Shown piece by piece: positions 9,764 to 20,094 of a stretch of 32,000 bases of DNA (position 1 is its first letter; each line of letters opens with the position of its first letter). The position numbers were made by a program, and so were the translations under genes. The notes below the pieces were generated by a model, which made no database searches, had not been told where the DNA came from, and saw only the letters and a program-made list of their open reading frames with translations. The DNA comes from Methylophaga frappieri (GTDB lineage: Bacteria; Pseudomonadota; Gammaproteobacteria; Nitrosococcales; Methylophagaceae): NCBI RefSeq assembly GCF_000260965.1, contig NC_017856.1:1410001-1442000 (forward strand), written 5' to 3'.

Positions 9764-11080
9764 TCAACGACCAGCGTTTAACCAAGCATTGACTTGTTGT
9801 AAATCAGTGACTGTAACGATGCCAGCGGCTTGTTTCAAGCGTAATGTATCAACAATATAGCTATATCTTGCTTGGGCAAAGTCACGACGAGCACTAAATA
9901 ATTCGCGCCGAGCATTCAGCACATCCACAGTGGTTCTTGTCCCAACAGTAAAACCAGCTTCAGTGGCTTGTAATGCTTTTTCATTCGAGCGCACAGCTTG
10001 CGCAAGTGCCTGAACACCACTAATACCTGACAAAACACTGTTATAAGCTTCACTGGTTTGTCTCAAGACTGCCCGCCGTTGTTGTTCTTCGAATTGCATT
10101 GTTTGGTCCAAACGGTGACCCGCTTCCCGCGTCCGTGACAGCACACTCCCACCAGCATAAATTGGCAAGGTGAACTGCAAGCCAAGAATTTCCTGATGGC
10201 TTTGAGTTTGACCACTGATGTTACTATCACTCTGTGATTGATAACTTTTTTGGGCGATAAAATCGAGAGCAGGGTAATGACCGCTGCGTTGCAACTCAAT
10301 GTTTTCTCTAGCAAGCTCGACGTCGGCACCGACAACTAACAAACTGGGGTTTGTGACCAATGCCGAGTCACGCCATTGCTGGATATCCTCAGGCTCAGGT
10401 CGAACCAACGGTACCTCAGCCGTTAATGTTGCTAAATCATCCGGGTAACGCCCGGTCGTTTCTCTTAATAGTTCCTGGCTGTTTGCCAGCGCATTTTTAG
10501 CCGTAATCACCGCAGCATTGGCTAAATCATAAGCGGCTTGGGCTTCGGTGACATCGGTAATCGTAGCTAAGCCAACCTCAAAGCGTTTTTCTGCTTCATC
10601 AAGCTGCTCATTAATGGCTTCACGCTCAGCTTCAGCGAACTGTAAATCATCTTCAGCAGCCAATACGGTGAAATAAGCTTCTGCAACCCGCACTATCAAT
10701 GCTTGCGAGACAACCTGATAACGGGCTTCAGCGCCATCAATCGCAATATCTGCCTGACGGTTCTGAACAAAATTTTCGCGTCGATAAACCGGTTGAATCA
10801 AACTGAGCGTATAGCCTCGATCCAGCGAATCAAACTTACCAGAAAACTGTTGAGACGAATTATCCGTAAAAATTTTGTTCACATTTGCCGTCAGACCAAT
10901 GTTAGGTAAGAACAAAGCATCTGCTTGTTCGGCCAATTCGGCGGTGGCTTGACGGTCAGCCGCTTGCGCATATAACTGGGGATCCGATTGTAAAGCTAAA
11001 TCGTAGCTATCTAACAAATCCTGATTAGCAAAGAGCGTTGGAGAGAAAATAAATAGCCAAGCAGCACTGAAACGTTTCAT
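9764..11080 (-). CDS. tolC: TolC-family outer-membrane channel
   Basis: 438 aa. Signal peptide MKRFSAAWLFIFSPTLFA. Two OEP repeats (LLDSYDLALQSDPQL...; ...LNARRELFSARRDFAQARYSYIVDTLRLKQAAG). Confidence 0.9.
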   Translation of the reverse strand: MKRFSAAWLFIFSPTLFANQDLLDSYDLALQSDPQLYAQAADRQATAELAEQADALFLPNIGLTANVNKIFTDNSSQQFSGKFDSLDRGYTLSLIQPVYRRENFVQNRQADIAIDGAEARYQVVSQALIVRVAEAYFTVLAAEDDLQFAEAEREAINEQLDEAEKRFEVGLATITDVTEAQAAYDLANAAVITAKNALANSQELLRETTGRYPDDLATLTAEVPLVRPEPEDIQQWRDSALVTNPSLLVVGADVELARENIELQRSGHYPALDFIAQKSYQSQSDSNISGQTQSHQEILGLQFTLPIYAGGSVLSRTREAGHRLDQTMQFEEQQRRAVLRQTSEAYNSVLSGISGVQALAQAVRSNEKALQATEAGFTVGTRTTVDVLNARRELFSARRDFAQARYSYIVDTLRLKQAAGIVTVTDLQQVNAWLNAGR

Positions 11081-11086
11081 AGTTGG

Positions 11087-11410
11087 TCAATACACCTTCA
11101 TATTGGTATCAATTTTTGCCGCCCAGCCGTTCATACCATCTTCTAAATTAATGATATCGGTAAACCCCGCCTGCTCTAAAAAGTATCCTACTTGCATGCT
11201 GCGGTAACCTGAGCGACAAATCAGCACCATCGGACTGGCTTTATGCGCAACAAGTTCATCAATACTGCCAGGAATATGATTCATCGGAATATGCACCGCG
11301 CCATCCAGCATGCCATTGACCAATTCATGGGTCTCACGTACATCAATCAAAATGGCATCTTCATGCTCAGCCAGCCATGGAGCTAAGCTTTGTGCAGACA
11401 TTTGTTTCAT
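11087..11410 (-). CDS. Single-domain rhodanese-like sulfurtransferase
   Basis: 107 aa. Active-site loop CRSGYRS. Confidence 0.85.
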   Translation of the reverse strand: MKQMSAQSLAPWLAEHEDAILIDVRETHELVNGMLDGAVHIPMNHIPGSIDELVAHKASPMVLICRSGYRSMQVGYFLEQAGFTDIINLEDGMNGWAAKIDTNMKVY

Positions 11411-11424
11411 TATCGTTTCCGTCG

Positions 11425-12081
11425 TTAAAATGCAAACTCAGGTCGCTTTTCTGCGCCCAGTAAGTAAGGCGCTACGGTTTCAAATAACACATTGGTCTGC
11501 CATTCACGTTCACTAATACGTGTCACGCGTTGAAGTTGCATTGCTGGTGCTTCACCAACAATGGCGATGAGTCGACCACCAACGTGGATTTGCTCAAGAA
11601 ATGCCGATGATACCACTGGAACTGCAGCGGTTAAGATCACCGCATCAACCCTATCGGGCAGTGGCCAACCATTAACAGCATCACCAACTGAGAAATCAAT
11701 ATTGTTCAATCGTAACAACTGCAGGCGCCGCAGCGCACTATCACTCAGCGCTTGATAAAACTCAACGCTATAAACCTTTGATGCAAGTGATGCGAGCAGC
11801 GCCGTAAAATAACCGCTGCCAGTACCGACTTCCAGCACGACATCTTGATTACTCAGCTGTAATGCTTGCAGCATTCTGGCTTCTTGTAATGGCGATAACA
11901 AATATTGATCACAGCCAATGGCTAAGGCGGTATCAGCGTAGGCCAGTTCTGCCAATTCCGGCGCAACAAAATCTGCCCTGTTGATCTTTTCCAGTGTCTG
12001 TAACACTGCCGGATCTGACACATCATTAGGACGCAATTGCTGCCAGATCATATTGCGATGCGCATTACTTTCGGCAGTCAT
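11425..12081 (-). CDS. Protein-L-isoaspartate O-methyltransferase-family protein
   Basis: 218 aa. SAM motif VLEVGTGSGYFTALLA. The methyltransferase / rhodanese / tolC gene order is a conserved gammaproteobacterial arrangement. Confidence 0.8.
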   Translation of the reverse strand: MTAESNAHRNMIWQQLRPNDVSDPAVLQTLEKINRADFVAPELAELAYADTALAIGCDQYLLSPLQEARMLQALQLSNQDVVLEVGTGSGYFTALLASLASKVYSVEFYQALSDSALRRLQLLRLNNIDFSVGDAVNGWPLPDRVDAVILTAAVPVVSSAFLEQIHVGGRLIAIVGEAPAMQLQRVTRISEREWQTNVLFETVAPYLLGAEKRPEFAF

Positions 12082-12226
12082 GTTTCCCCCGGACAGATCA
12101 ATAACAACGCTGGAAAGGCTTAAGGATAGGGGGTTTACGTGATAGGCGCAAGCGCATTCTAAGGCATTATTATCAACCAGCCTTGCGCGTTTAATGCATC
12201 TTTAATTTCAGATTAAAGCCATCGCA

Positions 12227-13045
12227 CTACTTTTTGCCGGGCTTGCTACCCCGAAACAATGGCTCGTGCACCGACTCACGAGAAAATCGCCAACAAGCGA
12301 CCATAACGGCAACAATAGAAAAAACGATGATGACCATCAAATCCGTTGTCACCGAAAAATCCGCCTGGCCGCTTTGGCTAGCATGTTTAAGTAAGTCGAC
12401 GCCGTAACTAAACGGGTTGACCAACACGACATAGCGCAACAAATCCGGCAATTGTGTCACTGGATATAAGGCACCACTGAGGAAAAAAACCGGAAAAATG
12501 ACGAAGTTCATGATCACGGCAAAGTTATCCAGCGTATGCGACCAGACCGCTATCAAGGCGCCCATTGACGCGCACAATACGGCGGTAAGCGCTGCTGGGG
12601 CAAGTAACATCAGAGCGAACTGCCAGTCGAGCAACCCAATCAACACCAAAATCAGCAATAACAATATCGCTTGAACCATGGCGATAATCACCGCGGCAAT
12701 CAACTTGGCAACGACTATCCAGCCATGTGCGATAGGCGCGATCATCATCATGCGCATAACACCAAACTCTTTGTCATAAACCAACGTTAACGCCGATAAC
12801 AACGCGGCAAATAACAAAGTCATAGCGACCACACCGGGCACCAGAAACTGTAGATACTGAGATTGCTGCTCAATAGCCAGCATACTGCCAACGCCAGATC
12901 CGATAACTAAAAGCCAAATTAATGGCCGTACCATGGCACTCAGCAAACGGCCACGCTGCCGGAACGTTTTGTTGAGTTCACGGCGCGTCACTGCTTTAAC
13001 GGCTAGCCAACTCACAGGCTCATCCCTTGTTGTGTTACGGTCCAA
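12227..13045 (-). CDS. ABC-2-type transporter permease
   Basis: 272 aa with about six hydrophobic helices. Overlaps the end of the upstream ATPase gene by 34 nt. Confidence 0.85.
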   Translation of the reverse strand: MDRNTTRDEPVSWLAVKAVTRRELNKTFRQRGRLLSAMVRPLIWLLVIGSGVGSMLAIEQQSQYLQFLVPGVVAMTLLFAALLSALTLVYDKEFGVMRMMMIAPIAHGWIVVAKLIAAVIIAMVQAILLLLILVLIGLLDWQFALMLLAPAALTAVLCASMGALIAVWSHTLDNFAVIMNFVIFPVFFLSGALYPVTQLPDLLRYVVLVNPFSYGVDLLKHASQSGQADFSVTTDLMVIIVFSIVAVMVACWRFSRESVHEPLFRGSKPGKK

Positions 13046-13938
13046 AGATATACATCATTCAGGTTGGGCCGACGCCATTGCATCGAAATGATCTTATTCC
13101 CTAATGCACGTTGTAACGCAGAAAAATCGGTCTCTGGTTCTGTTACGCGAAAGGTCAAATGTTGATCTTCAACCAGCGGCATGCCAAATTGTGATGCGAG
13201 TTGTTGGCTGACTTGTTCTGGCTCAGCACAATTCAACTCCAAGATATACGAGGCAAGATCACGCATCAGACGCGCAGGTTTACCACCCTTCTGCAGTTTC
13301 CCTTGTTGCATGAAGTCAACCGAATCACAGGCTTCAGCTTCTTCCAGATAATGTGTCGTCAAAAAAACCGTCATCCCCTGTTCACGGCGTAACTGCTCAA
13401 TAAAGCGCCATATTGCGCGGCGGCTAGGCACATCCAGGCCAATAGTTGGTTCGTCCAGAAACAGCACTTTGGGTCGGTGAAGCACGCCACGGGCAATATC
13501 TACTGCACGCCGTTGTCCGCCTGACAAGGCTGCCAGCTTTATATGACGCTTTTTATCGAGATTAAAAATCGACAGCAAAGTATCGATTCGTTCATTGGTT
13601 TCAGCAGGCAACATGCCATACAGTGCACCGGCAAATTGCAGATTTTCATCAACCGTCATCATGCGATCTAATGCCGAATCTTGAAAGACCAGGCCAACCA
13701 GACTGCGGATATAAACCGGATTCTCCGTTAAAGCGTGGCCACTAATTAAGGCTTCACCCGAAGAGGGACTTGTCATCGTGGTCAGCATGTGGATGGTGGT
13801 GCTTTTACCTGCCCCGTTCGGCCCCAGCAAACCAAAACATTGACCAGCCTTAATTTGCAAATCAAGGTCATTGACCGCAGCAGTCTCACCAAAGTACTTA
13901 GTCAGACCGTGACAAGCTATCGCGTAATCAGAGTCCAC
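13012..13938 (-). CDS. ABC transporter ATP-binding protein (ABC-2/DrrA-like)
   Basis: Walker [10 protein letters not shown], signature LSGGQRR, Walker B VLFLDEPT. Its start overlaps the pqqE stop by 11 nt. Confidence 0.9.
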   Translation of the reverse strand: MDSDYAIACHGLTKYFGETAAVNDLDLQIKAGQCFGLLGPNGAGKSTTIHMLTTMTSPSSGEALISGHALTENPVYIRSLVGLVFQDSALDRMMTVDENLQFAGALYGMLPAETNERIDTLLSIFNLDKKRHIKLAALSGGQRRAVDIARGVLHRPKVLFLDEPTIGLDVPSRRAIWRFIEQLRREQGMTVFLTTHYLEEAEACDSVDFMQQGKLQKGGKPARLMRDLASYILELNCAEPEQVSQQLASQFGMPLVEDQHLTFRVTEPETDFSALQRALGNKIISMQWRRPNLNDVYLWTVTQQGMSL

Positions 13939-15121
13939 TGATTGCTTTAGAGTTTTTAGGGTTACGGAAAACTAATGGTTTCGCATCACCTGCTGATTTA
14001 TTCGCCTCATCACGTCCGCGCTGAATGGCTTCCGAAATCAGATGATGGTGCGGTGATTTATCACAGACCGGGTCAGCCGCAGCAGGATCACCAGTCAACA
14101 TGTAGGCCTGACAACGACAACCACCAAAATCCTTGGTTTTCTCACTGCAACTGCGGCAGGGCTCCTTCATCCATTCATAACCACGGAAGCGGTTAAAGTC
14201 CGTTGACCCATTCCAGATTTCATCAATGGAATAATCGCGAATATTGGGTAAGGCCATACCCGGTAATTGTCTTGCCGCATGACAAGGTAATGCCGTACCG
14301 TCTGGTGTAATGGTCAAAAACACATTACCCCAGCCATTCATGCAAGCTTTTGGCCTTACCTCATAATAATCCGGCACCACGTAGTAAATTTTCATGTTGC
14401 CTTTTTGTTTTTCCTGGTATTCATGAGCAATGGCTTCAGCGCGTTCCAGCTGTTCTTTCATTGGTAACAACTGATCACGATTATGCATTGCCCAACCGTA
14501 AAACTGAGTCGTTGCCAGCTCGACGTAGTCGGCATCTAAATTGATCGCCAAGTCCAGTATTTCGTCGATTTGATCAATGTTCTGACGATGGGTGACAAAG
14601 CACAAGACCATCGGATAACCCGCCGCTTTAACGGCTCTGGCCATATCAATCTTGTGCTGAAAAGCATTGGTACCAGCGATCAGGTTGTTCAAATCCTCGG
14701 AGCTCGCCTGAAAGCTCACTTGGATATGATCCAGACCGGCCTCTTTAAATGCTTTGGCGCGATCTTCATTCAAGCCAATACCTGAAGTAATCAGGTTAGT
14801 GTAAAACCCCATATTACGGGCTTCAGTAATCAATTCGATAATGTCGGGGCGAGCAAGCGGCTCACCACCAGACAAGCCAAGCTGAGTGGCACCCATTGCC
14901 CGCGCCTGCTTGAATACATCAACCCATTGCGCCGTGGTTAATTCACTTTTGATCTTGGCAAAGTCCATCGGGTTTGAACAATAAGGACATTGCAACGGAC
15001 AGGCATAGGTCAATTCCGCCAACAACCATAGCGGCTGTCGGATATTACTCCGATCCGTCATGCTTAATGAACCGGCAATACTGCCGGGCGCTTTATTTTG
15101 TTCTGATCCAGTCGTTGTCAT
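13928..15121 (-). CDS. pqqE: PQQ biosynthesis radical-SAM protein PqqE
   Basis: [21 protein letters not shown] (CxxxCxxC) plus a C-terminal SPASM cysteine cluster. ATG at 15121 is preceded by GGAGGA. The ORF-track start at 15172 is probably too long. Confidence 0.95.
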   Translation of the reverse strand: MTTTGSEQNKAPGSIAGSLSMTDRSNIRQPLWLLAELTYACPLQCPYCSNPMDFAKIKSELTTAQWVDVFKQARAMGATQLGLSGGEPLARPDIIELITEARNMGFYTNLITSGIGLNEDRAKAFKEAGLDHIQVSFQASSEDLNNLIAGTNAFQHKIDMARAVKAAGYPMVLCFVTHRQNIDQIDEILDLAINLDADYVELATTQFYGWAMHNRDQLLPMKEQLERAEAIAHEYQEKQKGNMKIYYVVPDYYEVRPKACMNGWGNVFLTITPDGTALPCHAARQLPGMALPNIRDYSIDEIWNGSTDFNRFRGYEWMKEPCRSCSEKTKDFGGCRCQAYMLTGDPAAADPVCDKSPHHHLISEAIQRGRDEANKSAGDAKPLVFRNPKNSKAISGL

Positions 15122-15377
15122 GGGCTTCCTCCAAAAACTGATAAACATCATCGTCCAGATCTGCGCCATCAAAGGCGGCTTTTAGATCCGCTATCAGTTC
15201 ACCAACTGTTAGTTCTCTCTCACTGATCCGCTTGATAATCTCCGCAGCGGCCGGGTTTAACTTCACCATGCCTTCTGGATAAAGCAGTACATGGCAATTT
15301 TGTGCTGGTTCCCATTGAAATCGGTAACCTAACGCTAAATCCAATACCGTATTATCGTTAAACTTGTGTTCGCTCAT
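15093..15377 (-). CDS. pqqD: PQQ biosynthesis peptide chaperone PqqD
   Basis: [52 protein letters not shown] overlap with the pqqC stop at 15374-15377. Confidence 0.9.
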   Translation of the reverse strand: MSEHKFNDNTVLDLALGYRFQWEPAQNCHVLLYPEGMVKLNPAAAEIIKRISERELTVGELIADLKAAFDGADLDDDVYQFLEEAHDNDWIRTK

Positions 15378-16105
15378 TTTTCTACATCCATACAATAAGG
15401 TGGTCGTTCTTCAATATACGCCATCCACATTGCATCCAGCATCGTCCATAAAATATCGAGTTTGAATTGCAACAGATCCAGAGCGCGCTGCTGCTTCTCA
15501 CGGGTATCGCAATAATCCAACGTAATTTGTAAGCCATGTTCAACATCACGGCGCGCTTCGCTTAACCGCTTTCTGAAATAGCGGTAGCCTTTTTCGTCAA
15601 TCCACGGATAAAGCGATGGCCAGTTATCGAGTCGGGCCTTATGAATTTTCGGTGCAAATAATTCCGTCAATGAAGAACCTGCGGCTTCTTGCCAATTGGC
15701 TCGCCGGGCAAAATTAACATAGGCATCGATTGCAAATCTTACGCCGGGTAGTACATGTTGGTAAGACGTTAACTCTTCGCGGGTCAGGCCAACGGCCTCA
15801 CCGAGTTGCAGCCAGGCTTCAATACCGCCTTCTTCCCCGTCATAGCCATCATGGTCGAGAATACGTTGCACCCAATGTTTCCGAACTTCGGCATCTTCAC
15901 AGTTCGCCATGATTGCCGCATCTTTAACCGGGATGGCAGTTTGATAATAAAACCGGTTCGCCACCCAGCCCTGCACTTGTTTTTGCGTTAACTTGCCATC
16001 ATGCATCAACTTATGAAAAGGATGATTGATGTGATAGTACTGTTCTTTGTCGCGCAACTTCTGCTCGAATACTTCACGTGACCATAGCGTATTATCAGTT
16101 GTCAT
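15374..16105 (-). CDS. pqqC: Pyrroloquinoline-quinone synthase PqqC
   Basis: 243 aa. [33 protein letters not shown] is typical of PqqC. Confidence 0.95.
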   Translation of the reverse strand: MTTDNTLWSREVFEQKLRDKEQYYHINHPFHKLMHDGKLTQKQVQGWVANRFYYQTAIPVKDAAIMANCEDAEVRKHWVQRILDHDGYDGEEGGIEAWLQLGEAVGLTREELTSYQHVLPGVRFAIDAYVNFARRANWQEAAGSSLTELFAPKIHKARLDNWPSLYPWIDEKGYRYFRKRLSEARRDVEHGLQITLDYCDTREKQQRALDLLQFKLDILWTMLDAMWMAYIEERPPYCMDVEK

Positions 16106-16116
16106 CGGCCTTCCTC

Positions 16117-17031
16117 TTAATATTCCAAGTCCATACCATCATAAGCAAGCTCAATACCCGCCTCATTAAGAATCTTTCTCTCGGGAGAGTCTTCGTTCAA
16201 GATTGGGTTGGTGTTGTTTATGTGAATCAATATCTTGCGTGGTTTTTCCAAGCTATTAAGAATACTGACCGAACCACCTGCTTCGGATTGATTGATATGA
16301 CCCATTTCGGTAGCACGTTTATCGCTGATACCTTCTCGCGACATCTCATCATCAGTCCAGACTGTGCCATCCATTAAAATGCAGTCGGCATCGCGCATGT
16401 AATTTAGAACATGCTCTTCGACGATCCCTAAACCCGGGGCATAAAATACATTTTTCCCGGAACGGGTATCGTGAATACGAATGCCAATATTATCGCCGGG
16501 CACCGTGTTATGCCGATGCGGTGAGTAAGGCGGTGCTTCACTTTTCAACGGCACCGCCGTAAATTCCAGACCCAACGCTGCGGGCATGGTAAAAGGCTGT
16601 TGATCGGTTTTGATTTCATGCCAATTGACGCCACGGAAATGGCCCAAAATATTGAAGATTGGCAAGCCCGTGGTCATATCTTCATGTACCGCTTCAGTGC
16701 AATAAATATCCCAAGGCTGATTATGTTCACGCAGCGTGAACAGACCTGTGGTGTGATCTATCTGCGCATCTGTTAATAAAATCGCTTTAATGGCAGTATC
16801 ACGAACCTGTCTTGCCGGCTGGATAGCCGGAAAAGCATCCAGTTGCTTTTTGATATCGGGAGAAGCATTAAACAAAATCCAGTCTTCACCATTCGCACTC
16901 ACCGCAATCGATGACTGGGTTCTGGGTAAGGCATTTACGGTGCCTTCTCTAACGCCTTTACAGTTATTGCAGTTACAGTTCCACTGGGGAAAACCACCAC
17001 CTGCACCCGATCCCAAAACGTGAATGAACAT
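16117..17031 (-). CDS. pqqB: PQQ biosynthesis protein PqqB (metallo-beta-lactamase fold)
   Basis: 304 aa. [24 protein letters not shown] is the PqqB N-terminal signature. Confidence 0.95.
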   Translation of the reverse strand: MFIHVLGSGAGGGFPQWNCNCNNCKGVREGTVNALPRTQSSIAVSANGEDWILFNASPDIKKQLDAFPAIQPARQVRDTAIKAILLTDAQIDHTTGLFTLREHNQPWDIYCTEAVHEDMTTGLPIFNILGHFRGVNWHEIKTDQQPFTMPAALGLEFTAVPLKSEAPPYSPHRHNTVPGDNIGIRIHDTRSGKNVFYAPGLGIVEEHVLNYMRDADCILMDGTVWTDDEMSREGISDKRATEMGHINQSEAGGSVSILNSLEKPRKILIHINNTNPILNEDSPERKILNEAGIELAYDGMDLEY

Positions 17032-17113
17032 AACTTCTTCCCAAAATTCGATAAATAAATGGCAATTGACGCAATTTGATTAAACACATTAATTGTCATT
17101 TATTAACCGGAAA

Positions 17114-17140
17114 TGTCCGGGACAGGAGGCGTCCCGGACA
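17114..17140 (-). terminator. Stable hairpin between pqqA and pqqB (partial terminator or RNA stabiliser)
   Basis: Perfect 10-bp stem tgtccgggac (17114-17123) / gtcccggaca (17131-17140) with a 7-nt loop. Only a short U-tract (UUU) follows on the minus strand. Confidence 0.45.
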
Positions 17141-17156
17141 CCTTTCCACAACGCTA

Positions 17157-17228
17157 TTAACGGTTGTTGATGTACATTGTTACTTCAAAACCGAAACGCA
17201 TATCTGAATATTCTGGTTTAGTCCACAT
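17157..17228 (-). CDS. pqqA: PQQ precursor peptide PqqA (23 aa)
   Basis: Too short for the ORF track. Reverse-strand ATG TGG ACT AAA CCA ... = [23 protein letters not shown] with the conserved E-x3-Y (EVTMY) cross-link residues. GAGGAA lies 7 nt upstream. Sits immediately upstream of pqqB. Confidence 0.9.
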   Translation of the reverse strand: MWTKPEYSDMRFGFEVTMYINNR

Positions 17229-17395
17229 AATCTTATTCCTCTCTTGTGAAAAATTAATTTAACCGGCTGAACATCAGCAGGCAGAAACGATATTAATCCG
17301 CTTGCCGGAAATTCACGTCAGCAATTAACGCCTTAACTATCGGGATTTTCCTGAATGCTTTTCAGGATAGTCATTCCGGGCACTTTCCTCAAAAC

Positions 17396-17434
17396 AAAAA
17401 AACCCGATGCCAATCGGCTACCGGGTTCTTTTTT
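17396..17434 (-). terminator. Rho-independent terminator after the PQQ dehydrogenase gene (bidirectional in form)
   Basis: Imperfect hairpin aacccg..gcc aatc ggc..cgggtt (17401-17427), flanked by A7 (U-tract on the minus strand) and T6. Confidence 0.65.
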
Positions 17435-17473
17435 GCTTCGTATATTTAATCAATCAATATACGCATGGCCTTA

Positions 17474-19252
17474 TTACAGGCTGAACACACTCAATACACC
17501 ACCCAGGTTTGTCCAGCTAGACAGTGAACGGTAGGCACCAACCGCACCCAAACCATCTGAATCATTTTCCAGACTTGGGATAGCCATACCGATACCAGCC
17601 CAACCACCGACACCTGACAAGATAGAAATGTACTGCTTACCATCATGCTTGTAAGTGTTCACGTTACCGATGATCCCTGATGGCGTTTTAAACCGCCACA
17701 GTTCACGGCCTGATTGTGCATCTACCGCTTTCAAATGACCTTCAAGCGTACCGTAAAAAACAACATCCGAAGCGGTCGCTAACGCACCAGACCAGACCGA
17801 GAAACGTTCCGGGTTAGACCAAACGATCTTACCTTCGCGTGCATCCCAGGCAATGAAGTTACCCAAGTGTGTACCACCTGGTGCTGGATACATTGCTAAT
17901 GTCGCGCCCACATACGGCTGACCAGCGACGTATTCCACTTCAAATGGCTCGTAGTCCATGCACACATGGTTTGTTGGCACATAGAACAGGCCTGTACGCG
18001 GTGAGTATGCCGCTGGCTGTTGGTCTTTTGTGCCCAATGCTGCCGGACAAATACCTGTCGTATTCACATCCTCACCATTTCGGGCAGTGGAGTACTTAGC
18101 AACACGGTCATGACGACCTGTTTCCAAGCTGACACCATTTGACCAGTTCACCGCTGGGTCGTATTTTTCTGCAACCAGCAATTCACCATTCACCCGGTCT
18201 AACGTATAGGCAAAACCATTGCGGTCAAAGTGAACGACTGTTTTACGCATTTTGCCGTTGACTTTTTGGTCAACCAAAATGTTTTCGTTAACACCATCAT
18301 AGTCCCACTCATCATATGGTGTCATTTGGTAGACCCATTTCGCCATACCAGTATCTAAATCACGTCCCCACATGGACATTGTCCATTTATTATCACCAGG
18401 ACGTTGTACTGGGTTCCAGGTTGATGGGTTACCATTACCATAATAGAACTGATTCAAGTCCGGGTCATATGAATACCAACCCCAAGTGGTACCGCCACCA
18501 ATTTTCCATTGATCGCCTTGCCAGCTTTTCAGGGATGAGTCCTTACCAACTGGTTTCAGCATAGATAATGTATTTTCAGGATCCACCAGCATTTCGTCAT
18601 CAGGACCGGTGCTGTAGGCTTTGTAAACAACGTTACCATCTAAGTCATAAGCTTGGACATAACCACGAACACCAAACTCACCCCCTGAAATACCGACAAT
18701 GATCTTGTCATCAAAAACGTGGGCAGCAGCAGTGCTGGTCGCACCTACTTTAGGATCATCACGTTTATCCGACCAAACCTGTTCACCGGTCTCCATATCC
18801 AATGCCACTAACGTGGTATCAGCCTGGTTCAGGAAGATTTTACCGTCAGCATAAGACAGACCACGGTTCACCGTGTCACAACACATGACTGGGACGGTTT
18901 CATCGTAGTTTTGGCTTGGCTCATATTTCCATTTGATTGCCCCATCATTGTTCAAATCAAGTGCAAAAACAATGTTTGGAAACGGGGTATGAACATACAT
19001 CGTACCGTCCATAACCAATGCGTTACCCTCATGACCACGGAGAACGCCTGTGGAGAAGGACCAAGCCATATTCAGATCTTTGACATTTTCTTTATTAATT
19101 TGCGTTAGCGTACTGTAACGATGATTAGCATAGTTACCAGCCGGCATAACCCAATTGTTTTCGTTTTTTTGCATGTCCAGCAGTTCATCAGCGGCTACCA
19201 GCCCTGGTGCTGCCAGTCCCATCATGGCAATTGATAATGTTTTCAGCTTCAT
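17474..19252 (-). CDS. xoxF: PQQ-dependent methanol/ethanol-family dehydrogenase, lanthanide-type (XoxF/PedH-like)
   Basis: Vicinal disulfide VMCCDT. Catalytic region [12 protein letters not shown] (codons at 18293-18307 read TGG GAC TAT GAT GGT), with the extra Asp two residues after the catalytic Asp. ATG at 19252 (AGAGGA upstream) gives signal peptide [21 protein letters not shown]. Assignment to xoxF rather than a pedH/exaF clade is not resolved. Confidence 0.85.
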   Translation of the reverse strand: MKLKTLSIAMMGLAAPGLVAADELLDMQKNENNWVMPAGNYANHRYSTLTQINKENVKDLNMAWSFSTGVLRGHEGNALVMDGTMYVHTPFPNIVFALDLNNDGAIKWKYEPSQNYDETVPVMCCDTVNRGLSYADGKIFLNQADTTLVALDMETGEQVWSDKRDDPKVGATSTAAAHVFDDKIIVGISGGEFGVRGYVQAYDLDGNVVYKAYSTGPDDEMLVDPENTLSMLKPVGKDSSLKSWQGDQWKIGGGTTWGWYSYDPDLNQFYYGNGNPSTWNPVQRPGDNKWTMSMWGRDLDTGMAKWVYQMTPYDEWDYDGVNENILVDQKVNGKMRKTVVHFDRNGFAYTLDRVNGELLVAEKYDPAVNWSNGVSLETGRHDRVAKYSTARNGEDVNTTGICPAALGTKDQQPAAYSPRTGLFYVPTNHVCMDYEPFEVEYVAGQPYVGATLAMYPAPGGTHLGNFIAWDAREGKIVWSNPERFSVWSGALATASDVVFYGTLEGHLKAVDAQSGRELWRFKTPSGIIGNVNTYKHDGKQYISILSGVGGWAGIGMAIPSLENDSDGLGAVGAYRSLSSWTNLGGVLSVFSL

Positions 19253-19446
19253 AAAGTTATCCTCTATATTGTTATTCATGAAAGCAATCGCTGCTGCATT
19301 TTCATGAGAGTATGACTTTATGCCGGTTATACCTATAAATCATTAGGAGTTAGTCCTGCAATAAATGGGAAAAACTCCCGAACAAGACGGAGAGCAAGAG
19401 CTAGCAATGTCTTTGTTATTTTCGCGCTTCGGGAAAAATGTCCCGC

Positions 19447-20085
19447 TTAATTTTGATCAATGACGTTGTACTTAATAGCTAATCGCACTAATTCAACCGA
19501 GGAATTAAACCCAAGCTTGTGTTTGAGCACCGTTTGGTAATTAGCAACGGTTTTTTGGCCTAGACTGAGACGGTTCGCAATTTCATCCAGAGGCAAGCCC
19601 TCCGCCAGTAAACGAAATACCTCAAATTCACGCACGCTAAGGCGTTGAGTGGGATCATCACTACCAGAAACGCTTTGAATCGCAATACGTTGGGCCATTT
19701 CTGCACTAAGGTACGTTTTACCCGTTTCCATAATATGGCGTATCGCAGTTAACAATTCACTGACCTCGCCAGATTTACATAAATAGCCAATCGCACCCGC
19801 ACTCATTGCTTGAACGGCAAGTGCCACATTTTCATGCATGGAGAACATAATAACTTTTGCCTGCGTATAGCGTGTTCGAATGCGCCTGAGAGCTTCCAAC
19901 CCACCAATTCCAGGCATCGTCATATCCATGACCAATATGTCTGGGATCAGCTCAGTATAAAGTTGGTATGCTTGCTCTCCACTGCTGGCCTCACCAATAA
20001 CACGCATATCTGGATTACGCTCAAGCATTCTTGCCAGCCCTGAACGAACAACTTCATGATCATCTGCTAACAATACATTTATCAT
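19447..20085 (-). CDS. NarL/LuxR-family response regulator
   Basis: MINVLLADDHEVVRSG ... DILVMDMTMPG. LuxR HTH LSVREFEVFRLLAEGLPLDEIANRLSLGQKTVANYQTVLKHKL. Confidence 0.9.
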   Translation of the reverse strand: MINVLLADDHEVVRSGLARMLERNPDMRVIGEASSGEQAYQLYTELIPDILVMDMTMPGIGGLEALRRIRTRYTQAKVIMFSMHENVALAVQAMSAGAIGYLCKSGEVSELLTAIRHIMETGKTYLSAEMAQRIAIQSVSGSDDPTQRLSVREFEVFRLLAEGLPLDEIANRLSLGQKTVANYQTVLKHKLGFNSSVELVRLAIKYNVIDQN

Positions 20086-20094
20086 AATGATTAC

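Noticed and set aside
12200-12218. Hairpin ctttaat-ttcag-attaaag as a terminator after the ABC permease gene
   Set aside because: The 7-bp stem is entirely AT-rich and no U-tract follows on the minus strand. It is too weak to call.
19430-19445. Motif CGGGAAAAATGTCCCG, which resembles CCGGAAATGTCCGGG at 17107-17121, as a possible shared regulator site for xoxF and pqq
   Set aside because: There are only two imperfect occurrences. One is simply the left arm of the pqqA-pqqB hairpin. The other sits at the 3' end of a regulator gene, about 180 nt upstream of xoxF. This is too little evidence for a regulatory motif.
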